Positions 1-11,533 of a DNA stretch of 64,000 bases are shown in pieces. This DNA is from Octopus vulgaris (lineage: Eukaryota): NCBI GenBank assembly GCA_951406725.2, contig OX597817.1:114018001-114082000 (forward strand), given 5' to 3'. Positions within the stretch are counted from its first letter, which is position 1. Each line of letters opens with the position of its first letter. Under the pieces are notes generated by a model. That model saw only the letters and a list, made by a program, of their open reading frames with translations. It ran no database searches and was not told the origin of the DNA. The position numbers were made by a program, and so were the translations under genes.

Positions 1-639
1 AAAGAAGCCTTTAGACTAAAACATAAAAAGAAGTTACGAGAGGGTGAAAAAACATATGAAGTAAAAGAAGCAAAAAGGACAGTAACTTCAATTTCATACA
101 TACAAGGCACTTATCGTTTCTGTCTGTCAAATTCATTCTCAAAGTGTTGCTTGTCCCAGGGTTATAATAGAAGGTGTCATGAAGTGGGACTGAACTTGAA
201 ACAAAATTGTTGCGAAACAAACTTCTGAATCACACAGCCATATATGAATATAGTTAAACATTTAAAATGGATGTTTCTATTTTTTTTATTTGGTTATTTA
301 TTTAAATATTATTTCTGATTTTTGTTTCCATACCTTTTTTTTTTAAGATTATTTATCTTTTTTTTTTAATCTTAGTTTTGTTTTTTTGTCTTAATCTTTC
401 AACATAAATCGTGTTAAACTTGTAATCTGAAGGTTTTTAGCATGGCAAAAACAAAAAAAAAGGCAAAACAATCAAACAAAACAAAGAGCAAACAAAATAA
501 AAAACAAAAGTGCAGAATCAAAAATCAAAATAAACTTTACTGATTTTATTAAAAATTTTTTTTTGTGTTTTACATTTAATTTTCACTGTATCATTTTTGT
601 TTTCTTCTTGTTCATTAAAATAAAATGTCATTGGGAAAG

Positions 640-1160
640 TTATGGTGGTGGTGGTGGTGGTGATATATATAGCTTAATGTGGTAATGGATGTGGTGGTGG
701 TGGATGTGCTGGAGGTAATAGTGTATATGGAAGATGTGATGACAGTGGTGGATGTAAAGGTGGCAGTGGTGGATATAGTGGTGTTGGTGGCTGCGATGGT
801 GGTGGTGGTGGTGATGGTTGCGATGATTGGTTACTCAATCAACAGTCACAATGATAATGGATGCAATGATGATGATGATGATGATGATAGTGGGGATCGT
901 GGTTTCAAGCGGTAGTTATGGATGTGGTGGCGATGGAGATGATTGTTGTGGTGCTGGTGTTTTTGATGGTGGTGGTAGTGGTAATGGTAGTGTTTGTGTT
1001 ATTTAATGTGGTGGTGGTGGTGGTGGTGTGCCTGTGATGGTGATGTTAATAATGGTTGTAGTCGTGATGGATTGTGGCCCCCCCCACCTGCCCGTAGTGT
1101 TTGTGCTGGGTGGATTAGTAAATCTGGTGTTTATTGTGGTGGTGATAATGTGGATCATAA
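640..1160. repeat. (GGT/GAT)n-rich low-complexity tract
   Basis: Degenerate GGTGGT/GATGAT triplets; gives the Val/Asp/Trp-run ORFs. Confidence 0.85.
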
Positions 1161-1344
1161 GTCTTATTTTTCAATCTTATTATTTTTTGTCTTTCCATAT
1201 TTTTCTTTCTTCTAATTGCATCTGTTCATCTGTTGGTGGAAGAGTTTTTAAGTTTGGATTACTTAACAAGAATCGACAGCAAAGTACATTGTCTAGTTAT
1301 CTAAATGTGTGCATATTTGTTATGTTTTCTGTGTTTTTTTTTCT

Positions 1345-1472
1345 GTAAGTATGTACTGTGTGTGCATTGTATGTATGTGTGTACACATGTGCATATATAT
1401 ATATATATATTTATAAATATATATATGTAATTATACATATGTATATAGATATATGTATGTCTGTATATGTAC

Positions 1473-1503
<31 letters not shown>

Positions 1504-1509
1504 TGTATG

Positions 1510-1554
<45 letters not shown>

Positions 1555-1627
1555 CTGTATATGTACATATGTGTGTATGTGTGTATATATATATATATAT
1601 ATGTCTGTATATGTACATATGTGTGTA

Positions 1628-1662
<35 letters not shown>

Positions 1663-1685
1663 TGTGTAAATGTGCATATAATATA
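1345..1685. repeat. Compound (TA)n/(TATG)n/(TG)n microsatellite
   Basis: Directly visible; source of overlapping YIYI/VCMY ORFs. Confidence 0.95.
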
Positions 1686-2196
1686 TGGCTGGATTAGAGA
1701 AGTGATGCAAATTCTGTGGAATGGACTTTTAATCAGCTCAGTAAAACATGTGTAAATTATTGAATCCAACTGTAAAAAAAAAAAAACATGCTGTTTTCTT
1801 TATTTTTTCTTCTTTTTTTCTGAATAAACTAAAAGAACAAAGAAGATGTAAAGGAGGAGAAGCAGAAGTTGTTAGTGTATTTGTTAAATGTATTGACCAT
1901 ACATACACAGTGTGATAATGACAGAACACAAATCATTGTGTTTTTTGGTAGATTTATTTCAGTTATCATCCCCTAATGTTTGGCTACATAAAATAAAACA
2001 CTCACCATATGTTAGTGTTTAGTTGCATAGAATAAAACTGCTCTGTACTGAGTCTTTGTTTTGCGAGCTATATGGAATGGAATACCCATGGCATCATGAT
2101 AGATGTATGCTCCCTGCCCTCCCTCTACCGGCCTACCATTAAATTTGTTTCTTGATAACTTTCTGAGAAGTTTTTTATCTTCTATTTTTATTACTT

Positions 2197-2199
<3 letters not shown>

Positions 2200-2263
<64 letters not shown>

Positions 2264-2424
2264 ACAGGCTTCTTTCAATTTCTGACTACCAAATCCACTG
2301 ACAAGACTTTGGTTGGCCTGAGGTTATAGTAGAAGACACTTGCCCAAGTTGCCACACAGTGGGACTGAACCCAGAACGATGTGGTTGGGAAGCAAGCTTC
2401 CTATCACACAGCTACTCCTGCACC
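2200..2424 (-). mobile_element. tRNA-head SINE family A, 5' half ending in its internal (TA)n
   Basis: Reverse complement of the head seen intact at 20001 and 53201. Confidence 0.85.
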
Positions 2425-2745
2425 AACACTAGCAAGTTCACCATGTAATATGCAAGACAAAAGCAAAGACTACTCAACTGAGAGAGAGAGGAGTATAGAG
2501 GGAGCTGGCTTTTTGCCAGGTGATTAGAGGTTAAGCTATGATAGAGAGACAGAAACTGGTGTCTTGTTGTAGTGGAGATACATAGTTACCCTAGTCAGAA
2601 GAGAAAGAAAGGGTATGGTGGTGAAGATGTGCCAGGGCATACCCTCAAGGTACAAAAAGGTGAATGTAAGTGGAGTGGTAAAAAGAATTGGGAGGTTAGG
2701 GGAGAAAAATGTTTGTGTGGGGGATTCATTGAGTGGTAGTTGTGA

Positions 2746-3193
2746 TACCTGTGCCGGTGGCACATAAAAAGCACCATCCAAACGTGGCCATTGCCAGCGC
2801 CACCTTGACTGGCTTCTGTGCCGGTGGCACATAAAAAGCACCATCCGAATGTGGCCGATGCCAGCGCCGCCTTGACTGGCTTCTGTGCCGGTGGCACGTA
2901 AAAAGCACCATCCGAACATGGCCGATGCCAGCACCGCCTTGGCTGGCTTCCGTGCCGGTGGCACGTTAAAAGCACCAACCGATCGTGGCCGATGCCAGAC
3001 TCCCCTGGCACGTAAAAAGCACCCACTACACTCGCGGAGTGGTTGGTGTTAGGAAGGGCATCCAGCTGTAGAAACGCTGCCAGATCAGACTGGAGCCTGG
3101 TGCAGCTCCTGGCTTCCCAGACCCCAGTCGAACCGTCCAACCCATGCTGGTGCGGAAAACGGCTGTTAAACGATGATGATGATGATGATGATG
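2746..3193 (+). mobile_element. RTE-clade LINE 3' UTR fragment with ~63-bp tandem units and (GAT)n tail
   Basis: Four full units plus a partial GTGCCGGTGGCAC(A/G)TAAAAAGCACC unit, then GGAAGGGCATCCAGC and (GAT)n; the same UTR follows the RT C-terminus at 28416-29507 and 32676-33444. Confidence 0.88.
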
Positions 3194-3499
3194 AACATGG
3201 GTGTATAGGAGAGCAGCAGGATAGCAATTATACAATTGGTGGGATAAGAGCAGGTGAGAGAGAGATGATAAAGCAACATTGGGAGCAGGGGATGAGAAAG
3301 AGAGAGTAGTGAATAATGAGATGTAATTTGGTTGATTGGCAGCAGTGGGGAGAAGATTAATGTAGCATGTGGTGGAAATTTGCTGGAAATTAGTTTTCTT
3401 TAGCAACTACCAAAAAACATTCATGACTGGGCTACACTTTTCAGTTAAGTCGTGTTCATGAAGTAGGTGTGTTGTTTTCCCAACAGCTGCTGTTGATGT

Positions 3500-3800
3500 T
3501 GTTGCTGTCATTTAGCCTCAGGTCATCCCTGATTGACCAAGCCTATGATCAAAGACACTCCAACTATGATCAAAAGTATTCCCGCCATGATCAAAGGAAT
3601 TTCAGTAGTGACTCTTTCCATAATTTTTTTTTGTTTTTTTTTATAGTTAATGTATATAGGACTACATTATATACATAGTTTATATATAACACAGTGTATA
3701 TAGGACAACTTTATCTGATACATCCTTCCTTTTTTTTTTAAGACTACATAGGGAAACCTCACTGCTATATCTAGCAAGTGAAGTAACTGTGTAGAAGTCA
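3500..3800 (-). mobile_element. Old dispersed repeat (family E, (CAA)n-tailed, probably SINE/LINE 3' end)
   Basis: Motifs CTAGAAATAGCAGCCAAAT and GGAATGCCTTTGATCATAGG recur near 10370, 15970, 18015, 20860, 35100, 39710, 46250 and 62670; heavily diverged. Confidence 0.6.
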
Positions 3801-4028
3801 ACTGGTTCATCCCTAAGAGGTTTATAAATTTCTGAGATAAGTGCAGATAAGTGTCAACTGAAAGAGGAATAATTTGAAGCTGATCATCAGTACTGTATTG
3901 AGTATGTGGGGCAAATAATTATGAAATGGGTAAGTCCACTTCTCTCAAATAGGTAGAACAAGGTAGGAAACCTCTCACCATTATGAGCTGTCACTTGCAA
4001 GACTAACTTCTGACAAAAGCAGAAGGCC

Positions 4029-4255
4029 TTAACTCTTTAGCATTTAAACTGGCCATATCCAACCAAAATATTCTTCCTGCTTTATATTCTAACTGGTCAA
4101 ATCTGGCCTCTTACACCTACTTTACAATGTCATTCTAAAAATAAACTACCACATCATTAACCTCTTGAAGCTACAAAATAATTCATAATCAATTCAAAGC
4201 AATGTGAATAAATAAGATTACATTTAACAGAGTAATCTGAATACTAAAGGGCTAA
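4029..4255. mobile_element. TTAA-flanked MITE family P2 (piggyBac-like)
   Basis: ttaaCTCTTTAGCATT...AATACTAAAGGGctaa; homologous copies at 44641-44875 and 62432-62649. Confidence 0.7.
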
Positions 4256-4449
4256 AATTGGGACTGAGTATACTCTCTTACACTTTCACATGTTTCAGTC
4301 ATTAGACATCATCTTGAAGGGTTGTAGTTGATCAACTTCTGTACTTATTTTTAGGGTTTGTATTTATCTTAGTGATCTGTGTTTGTTGCACTGCTAAGTT
4401 ATAGGATATAAACAGATACTTCTTTTTCAAGTGATGTCATTTCCATATA

Positions 4450-6504
4450 CAATGATACCTTGCAGTACGAGTTTAATTTGTTCCATCTCTGAGCTCATTT
4501 TACAAATCAATTTTCCACATTGAAATTAATTAAAATATAATTAATCTGTTCTAGCTTCCAAAAACCACCCCAAAATAATTTTTCATGGGTTTTAAAACAG
4601 AAAAGGTGCAGTTACAAGGAAGATGACAATTATAAAAACATAATAGAAGAGAATGCAAAAGAAATATGTAAACTGGTTTTCTTAATTCAACTACCTTAAA
4701 GATGGGACGAATTGTGCACAAGGAAGATGATGGAGCAGGGAGAAGGAGGAGTATTGTTTGGAATGAGAATCTCCTTCCATTGAAACTTCAGGAAGAACAA
4801 TTTCTGGCTTTTTCTCTTTCACTTCAGTTTATGTAGGCTTTTTGGATACACTTTCTTCACTTTTCACACTTGCAGGTTATTTCATTAGAAACATATTGAG
4901 AGAAGTTTGCTTTTTTTTTGCCTTTCAAAATGTTCCGAAAGCCCATGGACATGCCAAGAGACACTATCTTTTCGACTACTGGTTTCTCAGACTCAAACCT
5001 CTTGAAGTCTTTTTCAGATATGCAGTCAGGTTACAGTTTCCTCCATGCAGAATTCAGCATTCTACTTGTTACCCCCTGACAAGCCATATCAATGATTTTC
5101 AGGCAATTGTAGTGTTCCTTCCAATGGTGTAGTGTTTCTTCCAAATCTCAAGAAGGGTTAGATTTGTATTTTTGGTGACTTCAAAGTACTGACGGAACAG
5201 GTGTTTGGTGTACAATTTCTTAAAATTTGAAATCACCTGTTGGTCCAGGGGCTTCAAAATAGGGGTGGTGTTGCATGAAGGGTATAGAACATTTATGAAT
5301 TTTAATTCGTCCAGAATATCATTTTCGAAGTTAGGAAGGAGCATTGTTGAGAATGAGGAGGGCCTTGAGAGGAAGATCATTCTCTAGAAGGTCCTTTTCC
5401 AGGCTTTAACATTTGCCCTCCACATAACTTGCAGCTTGTCCTTCAGGATTTTGTGCAACTTGAATGTTCATGGATTTTCAGAACGGTAGACAAGGAGTGG
5501 CTTAATCTTCAAGTCTCCTCTTGCATTGGCACAAAAGGTGAGAGTTCGCCTATCTTTCGTAGGCTTGTGGTATTTTCTTATCCTCTGCAGTTATGTAGGT
5601 TCTTCTGGGCATTTTTTTTCCAAAAAAGGCCAGTTTCATCACAACTGCATACTTGTTGTGTAATATACCCCTCGGTTGTGATGAACTGACAGAATTCACA
5701 CAGAAAATCCTCAGCTTCCTTCATGTCAGAACTTGCTGCTTCTCCATACCTGATGATGCTATGGACACCAGTCCTCTTCTTGAAATTATTGAATCAGCCA
5801 TGACTGGCCTTAAATGCATCTGCTGATGTCTCCTCTGTCAGTGTTCTTAGGTTCTGCTTCAGGAGATCCCCATACAGCACTCATGCTTTTTCCCAGATGA
5901 TGGTCTCTGTAATCATATTCCTATGTGAGTTGCTTCTCATTGATCCATGGGAGAAGCAATTTTTCCATCTCTCTGTGGACAGATGTGTATTGTTTGGAGA
6001 GCCTGGAGACACCCTTTGCTGTTGTAATGGCCTTGATCTCGTCCTTTTTCTTCAGGATGGTACAGATTGTTGAAGGGCTTTGGTCATATTGATGTGCTAT
6101 GTCCACTATACACTCTTATGCTTATCAATTATTTCCTGCTTCAATTCTATCATAATCAACCTTTTCTTCTTCTCAGCACTGTCCTTTGCACTAACCTTTT
6201 TAGGACCCATGGCTAACACAACTAATTATTTTAAAATAATAGCACAAAACACACAAAATTAAAAAAAAAACACTGGCAAAAATACAGCAGTGATGCTGCC
6301 ACAACGAAATAAACATATGCACAAACAAGCAGAGGCTGTGCTGGGAGAGTGTGTGTGAGTTCATTGCAGACTAGCTGTTGCTTGCATGAAACTCACTCAT
6401 ATTGCAGATTTCCACTTGTACTTCAAGACCAAAATCTGCATGAACCTTGGCTTATACAGCAAATTACTTTTACAGTGGTGCATTCGTTCTGTGAGGTTTT
6501 ACAG
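4450..6504 (-). mobile_element. Tigger/pogo-family DNA transposon, decayed
   Basis: TA-flanked imperfect TIRs (taCAATGATACCTTGCAGTACGAGT / ATTCGTTCTGTGAGGTTTTACAGta) enclosing a transposase relic. Confidence 0.88.
4760..6210 (-). pseudogene. Tigger/pogo (CENP-B-like HTH + DDE) transposase pseudogene
   Basis: MGPKKVSAKDSAEKKKRLIMIELKQEII start; STICTILKKKDEIKA...EMEKLLLPWINEKQL; NTTPILKPLDQQVISNFKKLYTKHLF; multiple stops, frameshifts and deletions. 3' end approximate. Confidence 0.88.
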
Positions 6505-7333
6505 TAAAGACAGATGTAGAGACAAATAAACATGCACATCATACACACACACATGTACATTACACACAATGAACTGCTGTATAGCTTCCCTTAACCAATT
6601 TCATTCATGAGGCATTGTCTAGCATAAGGTTATGATAGAAGACATATACCCAAGATGCCATGCAGTGAAACCAAACCCTAGACCATGTAGTTTTGGTATA
6701 AACTTCTTTACCTCAGTTCCTGACAGGCATTTATTCAAATCTAGAAGGATGAAGGTAAAGTTGACTGCAGGGATTTGAAATTAGAGCATAAAAAAAAGTG
6801 ATAATTAAATATTGCAAAGCATTTAGTAATATCAAATCCTGCCAAATCAACTTTGCTTTTCATCCTTACAGAGTCATTAAAGTAGATTACCAGCCAAATA
6901 CTGAAACTGATATAGTTGACAGTTCCCTCTCTTCAAATTTCTGATCTTGTATCAGTGTAAAAAAAAAATGTTATTAACTACTCTCATCTATCTTATTGGT
7001 TTTGCTCTCATTCTCCTTCTCTGGCACAGGTTGGACAAGTCTTTTGTAAACACCTTTTCATGCATCTCAGTGTTGCAATAATTCTAAAACAATGAGTTCC
7101 AAAAGAACATTAAGCTTAAAAGAGCTTGGCATGGCTCGCCTGTATCTTGCCACAAGGGAGAATACACACTTGAGTGGTTTCCTCTTGCCTTCTCTTTTTT
7201 GGGCATGGAAGCTTAAACATTTTTAAAGAGAAATTGATATTTTTGTAATTACATGCTTAAATTTATTTTATGAATTATTCTAATAACAATTCAGTTTAAA
7301 ATCTCTTGAGATTAGATAATCTGAAATGTAATA

Positions 7334-7600
7334 TTAACTCTTTCGTTACATTATTTTATAATGAAGTACATTGGTCCATGTGTTTCAATTAATTTTGAAA
7401 AATAATCAGTTTAGTAGGCTTTAGTAAAATAACTAAATTTGCTATTATTAATTTGATATTTGGAAAATAACTTAAAAAGATTCTTGCATAAAATTGTGAT
7501 TAAAGGTTTTTGCTAAATATAAAGACTTTCAAAGAAGTTTTGTATAGCAGACCCAAGGTCAGTCTTCAGCAGGTTGGTATCAAAACACATAAAACATTAA
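7334..7600. mobile_element. TTAA-type MITE family P1, degraded copy
   Basis: Homologous to the clean copy at 60528-60752; further copies near 34670-34910, 47319-47544 and 49988-50245. Confidence 0.65.
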
Positions 7601-8291
7601 AAGCCCCCAAAACTTCTAATGAAACATTAATAATCCAGGAGTGGGGAAGGAATGAAAAGAATTAAATGGTAGTCGTATCTTTTATGACTTTGAGAGCTTC
7701 AAAACCACTCTACAGCACTCATTATTTTATAAATATACATGTTTTATTTTCCCATTATGGCAGGGGTTTTCTAGTTTGTGTTTGACATTGGCAAATTCAA
7801 AGGAACATCTAAGGGGCAAATTGCTTCAGATTGTGCTTGTATTGTATCAATCACTTCAGAAGAACCTGCAAACTCATAAACTACCCATAAACTACTAAAA
7901 CTTATTTTCTTTACCTCTCCTTCTTCTCCACTCTCTGCTCTTCTCCCTCTCTCTGTCTTCCTCTCTCTCATATCATAGCACCTGTTCCTCCTCTTTTTCC
8001 ACCTATTCTTCTTTCTGTTTTCTCTTGTTTTTGTCTCTGTTTCTAACACAAGAAATTTAATGAAAGCAATGTTATTGTCCTTAACAGCAATAAAAGCTTT
8101 CAATTACATCTGGTACTTGAATCTTCTGATAATACAATTTACCTATGGATTCTATCCATGATATTTGGGATTGATGACAGTGGCTTCCTCTCAGATCCAT
8201 ACTATTGTAACATGTGCTGACAGAGTTCTCTCTTTAACACATTCTTTTGACCCTGGTTGTCCCAGGGTTCAGTTTTGTCTCCCCTTCACTT

Positions 8292-8340
<49 letters not shown>

Positions 8341-8344
<4 letters not shown>

Positions 8345-8552
8345 ATCCAAACAAGAAAGCACAAAAAAACAATGCGAGGACGTGGAACAAATATAGTATT
8401 ATTGGATGCTCAGGAAAGAAGGAAAGTTTAACGTTTCAAGCGGAGCTCTTCGTCGGAAACATAGGAGAAGGAAAGATCCAGAGAAGGGAAGACAGAGGAA
8501 AAAAAAATCGCCAACGGTACACACGCGGTCACATTTTGAATGGACATTTTGA
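8341..8552 (-). mobile_element. Penelope-like pseudo-LTR fragment inserted in (TA)n
   Basis: Unique insert bounded by TA runs and containing a minimal hammerhead motif; Penelope assignment is inferred from that motif. Confidence 0.65.
8426..8460 (-). ncRNA. Minimal type-I hammerhead-like motif (core CCGACGA)
   Basis: RNA: GUUU-CCGACGA-A-GAGC ucc GCUU-GAA-ACGU-U-AAAC; stem I GUUU/AAAC, palindromic stem III ACGU. Confidence 0.65.
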
Positions 8553-9152
8553 ATATATATATATCAATGATCTAGATGCTTAGATCTATTTATCTGTGAT
8601 CTAGATTCCTATATGTCAGTGATCTAGATGCTTAGATATATATCCATGACCTAGATGTCTATATATCTATGATCTAGATGCCTATACATCAAGGATGTAG
8701 ATTCTCATTTCCAACAATGTCCACACTGCAGATGACACCACTATCCATTCCTCTCTAACCTTCCACACACCTGCAACCTCTACAGTTCACTATGATTATA
8801 CAATAACCCCTAAAACAAGAGACCTTGGAGATGTCCTCTAATGGAGCTGCACCAAACTTACCTCCTTGAACTACAAAAATGGTAAAGTTGCTGCATTTAA
8901 CAAGAAAATATTGTCACCAACCTGAACTGCATGCCTTCAAAGCTCTCATCATCATTCCAAATTCTTTGGTGAGAATTTCTGGCCAACTCACATACTCTCA
9001 ACATAGCATAGACTACTTCACAAAGACTGGGTTTCTTCTTCAGATCCACAAAATACTTGAACCTCTAACAACTACTAACCTTTTACAACATTCAAGTGAG
9101 GCACACAGCAGATTTCTATTCCCATATATGAGGTGTGTTACTGATATGCATT

Positions 9153-9826
9153 CTTTTATTCTCTTACTTGTTCCAGTATTTAGACTGCGGCCATGCTGGG
9201 GCACTGCCTCAAGGAATTTTAGTTGAACTAATCAGCCTCAGTGCTTATTTTGAAGCCTAGTACTTATTCTGTTGGTCTCTTATGCTGAACCACTAAGTTA
9301 TAGGAACATAAATACACCACCTCCAGTTGCCAATCCATAGTGGGGGATAAACACAGGCACTATGACATGCACACACACACACTCATACATATACATACAT
9401 ACGTACATACATATATATATATTTATATATGATGGGCTTCTTTCAGTTTCTGTCAACCAAATCCACTCACAAATCTTTGGTCAGCCTGAGGCTATAGTAA
9501 AAGACGCTTGCCCAAAGTCTCACACAGTGAGACTGAACCTGGAACCACATGGTTAGAAAGCAAGCTTTTTATTTCTTTACTGCCCACAAGGGGCTACACA
9601 CAGAGGGGACAAACAAGGACAGACAAATGGATTAAGTTGATTATATCAACCCCAGTGCATAACTGGTACTTATTTAATCGACCCCCAAAAGGATGAAAGG
9701 CAAAGTTGACCTTGGCGGAATTTGAACTCAGAGCATAGCGGCAGACGAAATACCGCCAAACATTTCACCCTGTGTGCTAATGTTTCTGCCAGCTCGCCAC
9801 CTTCTTACCACACAGCTATGCTTGCA
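9153..9826 (-). mobile_element. SINE family A with nested family B SINE
   Basis: Family A head is split at GCAAGCTT|CTTACCACACAGC by the insert at 9567-9802. Confidence 0.85.
9567..9802 (-). mobile_element. SINE family B, near full-length
   Basis: Reverse complement of the copy at 44283-44511. Confidence 0.85.
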
Positions 9827-11034
9827 TGTATACATCTTTGCATGGTTTAGTGATTTGGGTATTCGGCTCATGAATTTGATAGCTGGTGGCATGTTGTGTT
9901 CTTGAGCATGACACTTTATTTCACATTGCTCCAGGACACTCAGCTGGTAGAAATGAGTATTACCGGTATTTTAAAGTGACAGCCTTGTCATGTCCTCTGT
10001 CATGCTGAGTTTCCCTGAGAACTATGTTAAGGGTATGCATGTCTGTGGAGTGCTCAGGTGCTTGCATGTTCCATTGATAGGGTCAACAGGAACCCTAGTC
10101 ATAATTGAGTGAGTACCAGTTATACGCCATTGACATCTCCAAAGACAGGCTACTCAACTTATAGACATTGAAGTCAGTTTTCAGAACACTTTGATATTTA
10201 TTGCCATATGCTGCCTCATCCTGCTTTATACTACTACTATTACTACTACTCCCTGGGGCTGGTTGATCTCACACTACCTTCTACTCAGGCCCTCTTGACT
10301 CACTCATTTCTCCTCTTCTTGTCCCCCATATTATATCCATTATACATGAACCAACAATGGAGCTTCTTTGCTATTGCACATGTCAAAAATGGCAACCAAA
10401 TCTCCCTCAAATCACAACCCAATATCTTCATAAAGGACATGTTAGGTAATAAAGTCCTGGATTCCTTAACATAATAATAGTTAAAAAAACAAACAAAAAG
10501 ATGGGATGGCCATGACTGGAATGCCTTTCATCATTTGGTTTGTTTTATCTGTTGCTAGCTGGCATATTCATTATCACGCTGGGTGAAATACTTGGCGAGT
10601 TCAAATTCCGCCAAGGTTGACTTTACCTTTCATCCTTTCAGGATCGATAAAATAAGTACCAGCTGAGGACTGGGGTCAATGTAATCGACTAGTCCCCTTC
10701 CCCTAAATTTCAGGCTTTGTGCCACTAGTAGAAAGGATTTCTCTCTCCTTCCCTTTCTTTCTCCCTCCTCCTACCCTCTCTCTCTCTATGTTTTTCACTG
10801 TCTCTTGGTAACACACTATCTGTTCATCTGTATGAACTGAATTTCCATGTGTATCTGTCCATTTTGAAACTCCTAAATCCTAAAATGAATTACTTAAGAC
10901 AAGAACATATATATATATATATCTACACACACAGTACACACACAGGCTTACACACACACACACATACACACACATATATATACATGCATTTGTGTATGTG
11001 TTTGTGTCTCTGTATCTCTCTGTGTTTACACATA

Positions 11035-11073
<39 letters not shown>

Positions 11074-11486
11074 GTATGCATCAGTGAAGCTTATAAGGAT
11101 AGTGTTCTTGTGAACATAATGATATTATCTCATGTCTATATATGTACTTTAGTACATGAGTGTATATGTGTGTGCATGTATGACTGTGTGTATCTGAGTG
11201 CACGCGTGTTCTGTTCTTTGATCATTATAGAGAACACTATCTTGTTCATTGTTGAAGAGTCAGCACAATTTACAAATCATATCTAACCTGTAAGGTTACT
11301 TCTCTTTGAGTGGCTGTCTGATCAAATGTTGGTGGTGATAGTGATGCTTATTGTTGTTGTTGTTGTAGTAGCAGTGGTAGTAGTGATGATGGTAGTGCAT
11401 CATCCTGAGGTCTATTTAGAATTTTGGATTTCGATGCCATACTTTATTTAATTAATTGCTGACTGAAACCAGACAGAGGATTTTAA

Positions 11487-11533
<47 letters not shown>

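Larger units (their letters stand above)
8040..9150 (+). pseudogene. CR1/Jockey-group LINE reverse transcriptase relic, interrupted
   Basis: RT motifs in order: KAF..IW (~8093), SQGSVLSPLHFTFY...INDL (8260-8575), ADDTTIHSS (~8728). Confidence 0.7.

Noticed and set aside
1301-1769. YIYI/VCMY/THTH ORFs here and at ~13100, 21350, 27050, 38000-39300, 52000-52650
   Set aside because: Translations of stop-free microsatellites in several frames.
2746-3030. CRISPR-like appearance (palindromic repeat with spacers)
   Set aside because: The spacers are homologous to each other, there are no cas genes, and the array is the 3' UTR of an RTE LINE in eukaryotic DNA.
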